Both the position numbers and the translations under genes were made by a program. Shown here in pieces: positions 35,095 through 45,298 of a stretch of DNA of 64,000 bases. Below the pieces are notes generated by a model. It worked only from the letters and a program-made list of their open reading frames with translations, was not told the DNA's origin and did not search any database. Origin of the DNA: an uncultured Spirochaetota bacterium (GTDB lineage Bacteria; Spirochaetota; UBA4802; UBA5550); contig CAWHAA010000005.1 in assembly GCA_963827275.1 (NCBI GenBank), positions 1 through 64,000 on the forward strand, written 5' to 3'. How positions within the stretch are numbered: position 1 is the stretch's first letter; every line of letters begins with the position of its first letter.

Positions 35095-36632
35095 TTACTT
35101 CGCGTACTCTATGATCCTGGTCTCCCGTATGACCGTCACCTTCACGATGCCCGGGTACTTGAGCTCGGACTCGATCTTGGTGGCGACTTCTTTCGCGATC
35201 CCTTCGGCCTTTTCGTCGCTGACGATGGAATTGTCCACGATGACGCGGAGCTCGCGGCCGGCCTGGATGGCGTAGCACTTTTCCACGCCCTTGAAGGCCA
35301 GGGCTATCTGCTCAAGGTTGTCGAGCCGCTTGAGATAGGTCTCGAGCGATTCCTTGCGCGCGCCCGGGCGCGAGGCGGAGATGGCGTCCGCGACCTGCAC
35401 CAGGACCGCCTCGAAGGACTCCGGCTCCCGGTCGTTGTGGTGCGAGGCGATCGCGTTCACGCACTTGTCGCCCTCGCCGAACTTCTTGGCCAGCTCCGAC
35501 CCCACGATGGCGTGGGCGCCCTCGCCCTCGACCACGCTCCCCTTGCCGATGTCGTGGAGGAGCCCGGCGCGCTTGGCCAGGTGCACGTCGAGCTTCAGCT
35601 CGCCCGCCATGATGCCCGCCATGTTGGCCACCTCGAGGCTGTGCGAGAGGACGTTCTGCCCGTAGCTCGACCGGTACTTCAGCTTGCCCAGGTTGTAGAG
35701 CGCCTCCTTGGCAAGGCCCGTGATCCCGAGCTGGTAGGCCGCCTTCTCGCCCTTCGTCGAGCATGTTCTCTTCTATTTCAGTGGTGACCTTCTCGACCAC
35801 CTCCTCGATCCGCGCCGGGTGGATACGGCCGTTCTGGATGAGCCGCTCGAGGGAGAGGCGGGCTATCTCGCGCCGCACCGGGTCGAAGCCCGAAATGACG
35901 ACCACCTCCGGGGTGTCGTCGATGATCATGTCCACGCCCGTGAGGTTTTCAAGGGTGCGGATGTTGCGGCCCTCGCGGCCGATGATCCGCCCCTTCATCT
36001 CGTCGGACGGCAGGGAGACCGTGGTGATGGTGCTCTCGGAGGTGTAGTCCGAGGCGTTGCGCTGGATCGCGGTGATGATGATCTCTTTCGCCTTCTTCTC
36101 CGCGGCCCGCTTCGCCTCCTCCTCGATCTTGTTGATGATCTTGGAAGCCTCGAACTTGGTCTCGTTCTCCAGGTTCTTCAACAATACCTGCTTCGCCTCG
36201 TCGGACGTCATGCCGGCGACGCGCTCGAGCTCCTTCTTGTGGCGCTCGAATTCCTTCCGGAGCTCCTCCTCTTTCTCGACGGTTCTCCTGCTCTTTGATC
36301 TTCAGCACCTTTTCCTGCTTGTCGATCTGGTCCAGGCGCTTGTCGATGGTCTCCTCTTTCTGCTGCAGCCGCTTCTCGACGTTCTGGAGCTCCTGCCGCC
36401 GGTCGCGGCCCTCTTTCTCCAGCGCGTTCTTTTCTTTCAGGAGCTGGTCCTTCGCTTCAAGGAGCAGCTCCTTCCGCTTGTTCTCCGCGTCCTTGACCGC
36501 GTCCTGGACGATCCGCTGGGACTTCGCCTCCGCGGAGCTGAGCTTTATCCTTCCAAGATATGCGCGGAAAGCATATCCCACTGTTCCTACGATCGGGAGA
36601 GCTATTATAAGAATGATTGTCAATAGCGTCAT
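35095..36632 (-). CDS. rny: ribonuclease Y, two apparent +1 frameshifts (~36281, ~35751)
   Basis: N-terminal TM + coiled coil; [47 protein letters not shown]. Confidence 0.93.
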
Positions 36633-36790
36633 ATAAAACCTCCTGTCCCCCAAGTAATATCCGCCCCGGGCCGGGCCGCATGCGCGGGCCGTTCACGGGG
36701 AGCAATGCCCGTCCGCGTGTCGTTGCGACAGACGCGCACGGGGCACCCGTTGTGCCGCCGTAACGGCGGCATGCCGCCGCTGACCAGGGG

Positions 36791-37279
36791 TCAGCGCTGC
36801 ATGGAGGAGTATTTCTTCTGGATCTTTTGTATGACGAATTGCGGGACCAGGCTGGTGAGATCACCGTTATAGCTCGCGATTTCCTTGACCATTTTCGAAG
36901 AAATAAAAGCATATTCTCCTTTAGTCATCAGGAAAATCGTTTCAATCTCAGGTGCGAGTTTATTGTTCACGGAGGCGTTCGTCATTTCGTATTCGAAGTC
37001 TGTAATGTTCCGTACCCCGCGAATGATATAATCTATCCTCTGTGATTTGCAAAACTCAACCAGTAAACCCGAAAATGAAACAACATCTATTGAGCTGTCA
37101 TCCTTATACTTAAGATTTATGATCTCTAATCTCTCCTCGACTGTGAAGAGAGGTTGTTTCTCGCGATTGATCGCTATTGCCACTACCAGCTTATCACAAA
37201 GCCCCCTGGACCGCTCGATTATATCGAGATGTCCGTTTGTTAAAGGGTCAAAGGATCCTGGATAAATCCCAATCCGCAT
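36791..37279 (-). CDS. coaD: phosphopantetheine adenylyltransferase
   Basis: YPGSFDPLTNGHLDII, RGVR..TDFEYE, ISS. Confidence 0.96.
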   Translation of the reverse strand: MRIGIYPGSFDPLTNGHLDIIERSRGLCDKLVVAIAINREKQPLFTVEERLEIINLKYKDDSSIDVVSFSGLLVEFCKSQRIDYIIRGVRNITDFEYEMTNASVNNKLAPEIETIFLMTKGEYAFISSKMVKEIASYNGDLTSLVPQFVIQKIQKKYSSMQR

Positions 37280-37413
37280 ATATAATCCAATTACTCCAGT
37301 CACCGCTAATTTAACAGGTGTATCAATCCTGTCAAGAATTATATTACTATACTGATATTAACTATCGTATAGTAAAATCCGGCATAAACAATAAACCTGT
37401 CATTTTGGCCGGG

Positions 37414-37893
37414 TTACATCATGTCCCGTCTCATGAACGTGACCGCGCCGGCATACCGCTTTTTCCAGTAGGGATTTCTCATGTCAGTGCTGGTCACCCG
37501 CTTGCCGGAGCTCGGCGCGTGGATGAACCGGCGGCCCCCCATGTAGATGCCCACGTGCGACAGGCGGCGCTTCTTCGATGTCCTGAAAAACACCAGGTCA
37601 CCCGGCTTCGCCTGCCCGAGACGCACCGGCCTGCCCGCGTGATACTGGCCCTTCACCGAACGCGGCAGGAGGATGCCGTTTTTCTTGTATACGTACATGA
37701 CGTATCCCGAACAGTCGAACCCCCGCGGCGATTCCCCGCCGTAGCGGTACGGCACTCCCCTGTATTTCTCCGCGGTACGGACAATGCGGCTGCCCTGGTC
37801 CATGCGGGTGAACCAGCCTGTGCTGGCGCAGCCCGTCAGGTTCACAACCGCTATTGCCAATAGCAATGATGCTGAAAAAAGCCGTTTTTTCAT
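37414..37893 (-). CDS. NlpC/P60 (C40) peptidase lipoprotein
   Basis: LTGC lipobox, GVPYRYGG, FDCSG, PGDLVFF, HVGIY. Confidence 0.92.
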   Translation of the reverse strand: MKKRLFSASLLLAIAVVNLTGCASTGWFTRMDQGSRIVRTAEKYRGVPYRYGGESPRGFDCSGYVMYVYKKNGILLPRSVKGQYHAGRPVRLGQAKPGDLVFFRTSKKRRLSHVGIYMGGRRFIHAPSSGKRVTSTDMRNPYWKKRYAGAVTFMRRDMM

Positions 37894-38303
37894 TATCCAA
37901 TACCGTTGGCCGGCCCTATCGCAGGGATGCCCTGAGACCGGGCGGGTCCAGTATATATATCGTACCAATATGTGGGGATATGAATCAATTAATGATGCCA
38001 CCGATCATGGGGAGGGTGTGCGCGGGAGCCGCTTTGCTATTCCCTCTATCGCCGGGCGGCGAGATGGGCCGGCCCGGGCCCTGGCATAGGGGGGCCGTTA
38101 CACGACGGCCCCCCTATGAACCCCCCGCGTGGTCGCTCAAACGCCGCGACTGCCTCCGGGCGTAACTCGTGCGAATCCCGCTTCGCGGGAATTCGCCCTC
38201 ATACAGACGCCCGATTGGTTTGTCCGCCTTCGGCGGACGTTTTAATGGCTTTGTTCTGGAATGTAATACGTTATTGAGGAAGTTGTGGCCAGAAGACGCA
38301 TAC

Positions 38304-38463
38304 TGTCCGCTTCGATGGCGTTGACGCGCCGATCTCGCAACGCCGCACCTCGTGTGCGGCGAATGACAGCATAGCAATGACATAAGTTTTTGACCAGAAT
38401 AGCAATCCCGCATAATACACAGACGCCCGAATTGTCCGCTTCGATGGCGCTGACGCGCCGATC
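38304..38463. repeat. 31-bp direct repeat pair (38304-38334, 38433-38463) in a hairpin-rich intergenic region
   Basis: TGTCCGCTTCGATGGCG(T/C)TGACGCGCCGATC twice. Confidence 0.85.
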
Positions 38464-38674
38464 GAAGCGAGGCTTCTCCCGGACGATCCCCGCACCGCTT
38501 GTCATGATCTTTCCGGAAGGCCATACCTCAAGCGCGGCACGCCAGTCAGGATGACTTAGTGCGGCGCTCGCACAGGAGGTGCGAAAAAAGCGCCGCCCCG
38601 TCAACCTGGCTTCGCCAGGTTTGGCCATGCGTGGGCACGAGGCGAAGTTTACCAGCATATCCAAAATATTAATA

Positions 38675-38711
38675 TTGACATGCATCTACCATGTATATAT
38701 ATTGTATATAC
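38675..38711 (+). promoter_or_regulatory. sigma70 promoter and palindromic operator of the TA operon
   Basis: TTGACA-17-TATATT overlapped by GTATATA-n5-TATATAC. Confidence 0.7.
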
Positions 38712-38729
38712 TCAATAAAGAGGTGCCGC

Positions 38730-38957
38730 ATGATAAAAAGAATGGTGCAACATGGAAATAGCTCTGCTCTGATAATTGATAAACCCATAATGGAGCTATT
38801 AAATATTGGCCCTGAAACGCCGCTGGAGATCGCTACCGATGGCCAAAATATTATAATTTCACCGGTGCATGACTCCACAAGAATGGACCGGCTGGAAAAG
38901 GCATTGGGAAAGATCAATAAAAAACATAACTCTACCTTAAGAAAATTGGCCAAATGA
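38730..38957 (+). CDS. AbrB/MazE-type antitoxin
   Basis: K.MVQHGNSSALIIDKP..ELL.I....LEI...G..III.P. Confidence 0.85.
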   Translation: MIKRMVQHGNSSALIIDKPIMELLNIGPETPLEIATDGQNIIISPVHDSTRMDRLEKALGKINKKHNSTLRKLAK

Positions 38958-39349
38958 CACAAAGACCAATTGAATTTATAACCCTGGCAGAAGTTATTGA
39001 AATACATAAAGATCAAACAAGACTCTATGGCGGCCCCGAAGGCATCAGGGATGTTAATCTGCTAACTTCAGCGTTAGCCCTGCCCAAATCTACATTCGAT
39101 GGGGAATACCTGCATAAAAATATATTTGAAATGGCGGCAGCATATGCCTGTCACCTGTGCCAGAACCATCCGTTCATTGACGGGAATAAGCGGGTGGCCC
39201 TGGTGACTGCCCTGGTGTTTTTAGAATTTAATGGCATTGAAATCGATGATCCAAAGGGGCTCTTATATAATGCCATGATGAATATTTCGGAAGGTAAAGC
39301 CGGGAAAAAACAAATAGAAGATATCTTCCGCAAATTGTCAAACAACTGA
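38954..39349 (+). CDS. doc: Doc/Fic-family toxin
   Basis: HPFIDGNKR Fic/Doc motif; ATGA overlap with antitoxin. Confidence 0.9.
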   Translation: MTQRPIEFITLAEVIEIHKDQTRLYGGPEGIRDVNLLTSALALPKSTFDGEYLHKNIFEMAAAYACHLCQNHPFIDGNKRVALVTALVFLEFNGIEIDDPKGLLYNAMMNISEGKAGKKQIEDIFRKLSNN

Positions 39350-39541
39350 CCTGTAATATTATTATAAACCAGATGACTTATGGCAATAAGCCGGTAAAAA
39401 CTTCACGCAACTAACACTGCCCTGCTTTTTGTGGCCACGAAAAGCGGCCCCGTGCCCCGCCTTTCCGGCAACTGTAGCGAAGCAGAGTCAAAAATGCATA
39501 TCAGCGGACAGCTGTGCTAAAATCCGGAATAACGAGCACCC

Positions 39542-40744
39542 TCACAACGGGCTCCGGATGCCCTTAAGCTGCGGATCATAGACCTTTGTATATATCGAAG
39601 TCGTGGTTATGTTCTTATGGCCGAGCAGCGCCTGTATGTGCCGAAGCGATATGCCGTTCTCGAGCAGGTGCGTGGCAAATGTATGCCGGAGGTCATGCGG
39701 CGACGCCTTTTTATTGATGCCGGCCTCCCTGAGCGCCCTCTCCAGCACCTTCTGCACTGTCCTTCCGGAAAGGGCATGGTGCCTTCCCTGCCTGTCCGTG
39801 CCGGACGAAAGGAATATGAACTCGTCACCACGCTTCCCATCCATAAACCGTCTCAGGTCATCGACAATCTTATCGGAAAAAATGGTGATGCGGTCTTTTT
39901 TCCCCTTCCCCTCCTTCACGTGAATCGACAGGCGCTCACAATCGACGTCCCGCACCCTCAGGCTGAGCAACTCGGAGAGCCTGAGCCCGGACGAGTAAAT
40001 AAGCGCGATCATTGTCCGGTGCTTCAGGTTTTTTATGCTGTCCAATATTCTCGCAATCTCGCCCCGGGTAAACACCACCGGAAGGTGCTTCGAATTCCGC
40101 ACTCCTTCAACAAACGAGAGGTCGATTGTCATGTTCAACATGTTATTAAAATAATACGCGAGCGCGAACCTGTACACTCGTACCGTCGATGCGGATGCTT
40201 CCCTGTCATTATTCAGATAAAGAAAAAACGCGCGGAAATCTGCATGATCCATATCGTCAATGTGTTTATTTTTTTTTGCCATGCTCCAGGCATGGATCAT
40301 TCGCACCGCGCTTAAATAAATTTTTATGGTTTTCCGCGAATATCGTTTCAACTTGAGCGTTTCTTCAAACTCTGTATACTGCCGCGGCAGTGACATCGGT
40401 TGCGCCACACTATTCCCGGACGCAGACACAACGGCCTTATCATTATCCTCATTTGGAAACCATGTTTCGATCTCTTTAAAAGCATTACGATATACACCGA
40501 GCGTTTTTTGAAAATAATCGCGCACCAGCAGAAAATCCCCGTAGCTAATTCTACTCCTGTTTCTTTCAAAAAACTCCATAATATTTTGGTTAGATATAAA
40601 CATTGCCTTTTTCCATGAATATTTCTCCAGCAACATCCCCAATATTCCATTTTCCATTCGCATCACCCCCCACATGTTTTCAACTACCATATCAGACCAT
40701 GATAATAAACGAATGGGAGGTTCGTTTAATAAAACATTATTCAA
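39542..40744 (-). CDS. intI: integron integrase (tyrosine recombinase), start uncertain, N-terminal extension
   Basis: LPVVFT, YSSGLRLSE, KGKKDR, insertion ending GRHH, HDLRHTFATHLLE.G, LLGH, IYT; divergent from attC array. Confidence 0.9.
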   Translation of the reverse strand: MNNVLLNEPPIRLLSWSDMVVENMWGVMRMENGILGMLLEKYSWKKAMFISNQNIMEFFERNRSRISYGDFLLVRDYFQKTLGVYRNAFKEIETWFPNEDNDKAVVSASGNSVAQPMSLPRQYTEFEETLKLKRYSRKTIKIYLSAVRMIHAWSMAKKNKHIDDMDHADFRAFFLYLNNDREASASTVRVYRFALAYYFNNMLNMTIDLSFVEGVRNSKHLPVVFTRGEIARILDSIKNLKHRTMIALIYSSGLRLSELLSLRVRDVDCERLSIHVKEGKGKKDRITIFSDKIVDDLRRFMDGKRGDEFIFLSSGTDRQGRHHALSGRTVQKVLERALREAGINKKASPHDLRHTFATHLLENGISLRHIQALLGHKNITTTSIYTKVYDPQLKGIRSPL

Positions 40745-40765
40745 TAAATTATGAATTTTTTCTTA

Positions 40766-40794
40766 TTGACTTTCGGCTCGCCTAACAGTAGCCT
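40766..40794 (+). promoter_or_regulatory. candidate Pc cassette promoter
   Basis: TTGACT-17-TAGCCT just upstream of first cassette. Confidence 0.55.
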
Positions 40795-40799
40795 TAAAA

Positions 40800-40833
40800 A
40801 ATCATTAAGAAATTCGGACAATTTTAGTTAAAC
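40800..40833 (+). other. attI: attI site (core GTTAAAC at 40827-40833)
   Basis: First GTTRRRY not preceded by an attC arm, between intI and cassette 1. Confidence 0.75.
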
Positions 40834-41300
40834 GCCATTTCGAGCGGCGGCCGCGGTTTTTTTGTTATAAATAAAAGAAAAAAATAGGGTTGGCTTTTCT
40901 TTCGATCATATAATAATTAAGGCAATAATCTTTTCGTTCGGTTGCAGCTTAACATTACGCGGCCGCCTCTGGGCTCGCAGGTCTCTCAGTATCGTTTTAT
41001 TGGGTCTTTCTGTTGATTCATAGATATGGGATAACCGACTGACGATATTGGTATGCAACTACTGTCGGTTGCAATACATCGCATAAAGCTTTAACTGGCA
41101 GGTCCTGCGATCCCAGTCGAAACGGCGCTTAACAAAGCATGGGGCGCTGCGCGCGGCCACGAAAATTTAGACGCTGTGGCCGCGCTTGGCCTCGCGCCTT
41201 TCCGCCAGCGGCGGTACTGATTGGCGGATGTTCTAACGCACCGCCACTGGCGGGGCGCTCGGCACACCGCCCTGCGGGCGGCGTCGCCCATGCTTGGACG
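40828..41300 (+). ncRNA. gene-less structured cassette, allele A (cassette 1)
   Basis: No conserved ORF; nested inverted repeats; six copies; RNA status inferred. Confidence 0.5.
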
Positions 41301-41306
41301 TTAAAC
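41127..41306 (+). repeat. attC: attC1 (180 bp)
   Basis: GCTTAAC-aaagcatggg...cccatgcttggac-GTTAAAC. Confidence 0.88.
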
Positions 41307-41772
41307 GCCATTTCGAGCGGCGGCCGCGGTTTTTTTGTTATGAATAAAAGAAAAAAGAGGGTTGGCTTTTCTTTCGATCATATAATAATTAAGGCAATAG
41401 TCTTTTCGTTCGGTTGTAGCTTAACATTACGCGGCCGCCTCTGGGCTCGCAGGTCTCTCAGTATCGTTTTATTGGGTCTTTCTGTTGATTCATAGATATG
41501 GGATAACCGACTGACAATATTGGTGTGCAACTATTGTCGGTTGCACTACATCGCATAAAGCCTTAACAGACAGGTCCTGCGATCCCAGTCGAAACGGCGT
41601 TTAACAAAGCATGGGGCGCTGCGCGCGGCCACGAAAATTTAGACGCTGTGGCCGCGCTTGGCCTCGCGCCTTTCCGCCAGCGGCGGTGCTGATTGGCGGA
41701 TGTTCTAACGCACCGCCACTGGCGGGGCGCTCGGCACACCGCCCTTCGGGCGGCGTCGGCCATGCTTGGACG
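41301..41772 (+). ncRNA. gene-less structured cassette, allele B (cassette 2)
   Basis: Near-identical to 40828-41300 with allele-specific SNPs. Confidence 0.5.
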
Positions 41773-41778
41773 TTAAGC
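41599..41778 (+). repeat. attC: attC2 (180 bp)
   Basis: GTTTAAC...GTTAAGC, same family as attC1. Confidence 0.88.
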
Positions 41779-41891
41779 GCAATACAGCGCTGGCTTTGGG
41801 TTGGCTTTATGGTTGGTCCGGCCTCCTGCCGGCCTTTAATTATGAATTTCATTTTTAAAATATTCTTTTTCATTATTATAGGTTTTTATAT

Positions 41892-42605
41892 ATGAAAAGA
41901 TTAATTACTATTCTATCAATAACTTTCACTTTAATTTATTGTGAAAAATCTTATTCTAATTATTATCTGGGTCCTTATATATCTGTAGCTGTAGGTCAAA
42001 TGGCTCATACACAATCTTCAATTCGAGAAGTTTATGATAATTATATTTTTGGCGGAGGTGGAATCTTCCAAACATCGATTTATCGACGAGGTTTATATAA
42101 TTATAGATTAAATTTTTGTTTCGAAAAGATTTATATACCACATACGACCAAACTTGGAACTGATTTTAGAAATACAATTCGAGGAAATTTAATTAATACA
42201 ATTGCTTATTCAATTTATAAAAAAAGGAATTATAATTTATGGATCGGGCCGCAAATCGGTCTTCATATTTTATGGGGCGACAATTATCTAAGTGATAATA
42301 AATATAATAAATTGAATACGATCCTCATTTCATCAATAATAATGAATCCTGAACTACCACTAATCATTTTACTATATTCTTCGAATAATTATGTGAAATT
42401 TACTGATTTTATTTTTAGTTTTGCTCCGGAAATTGGCATTGATATAAATGCAACAGACTTTTTAATTATATCATTGGAAAGTGGATTGAGAGTAGGTATT
42501 CATTTGCCAACAAATAAAATATCTAGCTCTGTTACATTGTATAGATTTGAAGGATTTTTTAATCTTTCATTTTTATTTAGAATTAACAAAGAAGAAAATA
42601 CATAA
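41892..42605 (+). CDS. cassette 3 hypothetical secreted/outer-membrane protein
   Basis: AT-rich 237-aa ORF, signal-peptide-like start, beta-strand-like C-terminus. Confidence 0.7.
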   Translation: MKRLITILSITFTLIYCEKSYSNYYLGPYISVAVGQMAHTQSSIREVYDNYIFGGGGIFQTSIYRRGLYNYRLNFCFEKIYIPHTTKLGTDFRNTIRGNLINTIAYSIYKKRNYNLWIGPQIGLHILWGDNYLSDNKYNKLNTILISSIIMNPELPLIILLYSSNNYVKFTDFIFSFAPEIGIDINATDFLIISLESGLRVGIHLPTNKISSSVTLYRFEGFFNLSFLFRINKEENT

Positions 42606-42663
42606 TTTTATTATGCCGCCGCCGTCCTGACGGCGGCAACTTGAACTGGGAGCGCTGTACTGC

Positions 42664-42843
42664 GCTTAACAAAGCATGGGACGCTGCGCGCGGCCACGAA
42701 AATTTAGACGCTGTGGCCGCGCTTGGCCTCGCGCCTTTCCGCCAGCGGCGGTGCCGATTGGCGGATGTTCTAACGCACCGCCACTGGCGGGGCGCTCGGC
42801 ACACCGCCCTTCGGGCGGCGTCGCCCATGCTTGAACGTTAAAC
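42664..42843 (+). repeat. attC: attC3 (180 bp)
   Basis: GCTTAAC...GTTAAAC. Confidence 0.88.
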
Positions 42844-43309
42844 GCCATTTCGAGCGGCGGCCGCGGTTTTTTTGTTATAAATAAAAGAAAAAAGAGGGTT
42901 GGCTTTTCTTTCGATCATATAATAATTAAGGCAATAGTCTTTTCGTTCGGTTGCAGCTTAACATTACGCGGCCGCCTCTGGGCTCGCAGGTCTCTCAGTA
43001 TCGTTTTATTGGGTCTTTCTGTTGATTCATAGATATGGGATAACCGACTGACGATATTGGTATGCAACTACTGTCGGTTGCAATACATCGCATAAAGCTT
43101 TAACTGGCAGGTCCTGCGATCCCAGTCGAAACGGCGCTTAACAAAGCATGGGGCGCTGCGCGCGGCCACGAAAATTTAGACGCTGTGGCCGCGCTTGGCC
43201 TCGCGCCTTTCCGCCAGCGGCGGTACTGATTGGCGGATGTTCTAACGCACCGCCACTGGCGGGGCGCTCGGCACACCGCCCTTCGGGCGGCGTCGCCCAT
43301 GCTTGGACG
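42838..43309 (+). ncRNA. gene-less structured cassette, allele A (cassette 4), includes attC4 43136-43315
   Basis: Repeat of cassette 1. Confidence 0.5.
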
Positions 43310-43781
43310 TTAAACGCCATTTCGAGCGGCGGCCGCGGTTTTTTTGTTATGAATAAAAGAAAAAAGAGGGTTGGCTTTTCTTTCGATCATATAATAATTA
43401 AGGCAATAGTCTTTTCGTTCGGTTGTAGCTTAACATTACGCGGCCGCCTCTGGGCTCGCAGGTCTCTCAGTATCGTTTTATTAAGTCTTTCTGTTGATTC
43501 ATAGATATGGGATAACCGACTGACAATATTGGTGTGCAACTATTGTCGGTTGCACTACATCGCATAAAGCCTTAACAGACAGGTCCTGCGATCCCAGTCG
43601 AAACGGCGTTTAACAAAGCATGGGGCGCTGCGCGCGGCCACGAATATTTAGACGCTGTGGCCGCGCTTGGCCTCGCGCCTTTCCGCCAGTGGCGGTACTG
43701 ATTGGCGGATGTTCTAACGCACCGCCACTGGCGGGGCGCTCGGCACACCGCCCTTCGGGCGGCGTCGCCCATGCTTGGACG
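43310..43781 (+). ncRNA. gene-less structured cassette, allele B (cassette 5), includes attC5 43608-43787
   Basis: Repeat of cassette 2. Confidence 0.5.
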
Positions 43782-44491
43782 TTAAGCGCAATACAGCGGC
43801 TTTATTTTTTTGCTTTATTCTGGGGCCGGCCTCCTGCCGGACTATTCTTAAAGAAAATGCTTTTTTATTAATGTCCTGGAAGTCTATATCCACCTTTTCC
43901 ACTCAATTCTTGTAAGAGTGTAGAGATATTTTTTTATTATTAAAGAAATACTAAATAAAATATTCTGAAAAATAGCTCAATCTGTTCTCTTTTAGCTAAG
44001 ACGCAAGAGTAGTCTTTTTGATTTATTTTTTTATGTTTTTCTTGACCAGTATTCTCATGTGCATATATATAATTCTGTATTAAAATACTTTTTAAATATT
44101 AATACAAAAGAAAATGTTTGGACATTTGTTCGCCGTGAATTTATTGTACTGAAACGTAAGAGCATACTTTTTTAATTTATTATTTTCTTGGCTTATTCTT
44201 AACCGTAATAGTTATCTATTTTTTACATACTTCAGTATAAATATTATTTTTTTGCTGTAAGTGTATTTGCCGCCGCCGTCCTGACGGCGGCAACTTGAAC
44301 TGATAGCGCTGTACTGCGCTTAACAAAGCATGGGGCGCTGCGCGCGGCCACGAAAATTTAGACGCTGTGGCCGCGCTTGGCCTCGCGCCTTTCCGCCAGT
44401 GGCGGTGCCGATTGGCGGATGTTCTATCGCACCGCCGCTGGCGGGGCGCTCGGCACACCGCCCTTCGGGCGGCGTCGCCCATGCTTGGACG
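43782..44491 (+). other. second type of gene-less AT-rich cassette (cassette 6), attC6 44318-44497
   Basis: No credible ORF inside; ends shared with cassette 3. Confidence 0.7.
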
Positions 44492-44524
44492 TTAGGCGCA
44501 ATTTGGTTGATATTTAATAATATT

Positions 44525-45034
44525 ATGACAAATTTATTATCCTTAAAAGAAATAGAAAGCGAAGTAAATAATCTTGCAAGATTGATAAATGCACCAAAAG
44601 ATTATTTGCCAACATTTGGCTATACAAATGATTTTGCACAACCTCATATTGAGATAAATTATAATCAGTATCACTATGTAATTGTCGAGCGTGGCCAAGA
44701 ATTTGAAAGAAAATCAACGGAAAATATTCATGAACTTTTATATTGGATATTTGAATCAATAACATTTAATATGGCTATTGATTATGAATTTAAAAATAGA
44801 ATTGAAGATCTTGATTCTAGACGTATTGCTTTTAAAAAACAAGAAGAATTATTAAATCTACTTAATCCAGATTGGAAGAATACATTAGAAAATAAACATA
44901 AATTAATATTAGAAAAACATCCTTTTGATGACTTATCTGGTTTAAGGGCAACATATTGTAGGGAGTTGAGAGAAAAAGGATATTGTGAAGATGATATAAC
45001 TAAAAAGGCTTATGAAAAATATCCTTTGCCTTGA
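44525..45034 (+). CDS. Imm63-like polymorphic-toxin immunity protein (cassette 7)
   Basis: P..YLPTFG...PHIEI..YHYV..ERGQE..R..T....ELLYWIF..IT..MA..YE...R....D.RR..F..Q.ELL. Confidence 0.75.
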   Translation: MTNLLSLKEIESEVNNLARLINAPKDYLPTFGYTNDFAQPHIEINYNQYHYVIVERGQEFERKSTENIHELLYWIFESITFNMAIDYEFKNRIEDLDSRRIAFKKQEELLNLLNPDWKNTLENKHKLILEKHPFDDLSGLRATYCRELREKGYCEDDITKKAYEKYPLP

Positions 45035-45046
45035 CAACCAAACTGC

Positions 45047-45220
45047 GCATAACAAAGCATAGCCGCTCCGCTCCTCGCTCGCTAAGGCTCGCTGCGGTGC
45101 TCGGCCTCGCGCTTATCCCGCCAGCTGCGGCGGTGATTTGGGGAGGGTTTTGAGCCGCCTTGCTGGCGGGGCGCTCGGCAACCTGGCTTCGCCAGGTTCG
45201 GCTATGCTGAGACGTTAGGC
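45047..45220 (+). repeat. attC: attC7 (174 bp)
   Basis: GCATAAC-aaagcatagccg...cggctatgctgagac-GTTAGGC. Confidence 0.88.
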
Positions 45221-45298
45221 GCCATTTCTGGCTGGCTTTTTTATTTCCTCGCCATCCATGGCTCGGAATTATTATCATATTTTATCAGGAGGACATTT

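Noticed and set aside
32199..36632. Programmed frameshifting or true pseudogenes in dxs/ymdB/rny
   Set aside because: No slippery motifs, no other decay, and the pattern fits sequencing insertions
36654..36790. 6S RNA upstream of rny
   Set aside because: Gap is short and GC-rich with no recognisable 6S rod and central bubble
40969..41116. Calling the cassette a retron
   Set aside because: An a1/a2-like inverted repeat is present but there is no reverse transcriptase in the window; kept only as a hypothesis
41039..41123. Hammerhead ribozyme (CTGACGA...GAAAC) in the gene-less cassette
   Set aside because: Stem II closing pair is mismatched, allele B has CTGACAA, and I found no convincing stems I and III
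41340..41495. 51-aa peptide MNKRKKRVGFSF... as the cassette product or a type I toxin
   Set aside because: ATG absent in allele A, early stops in the first and last copies, no RBS; cannot be fully excluded for allele B
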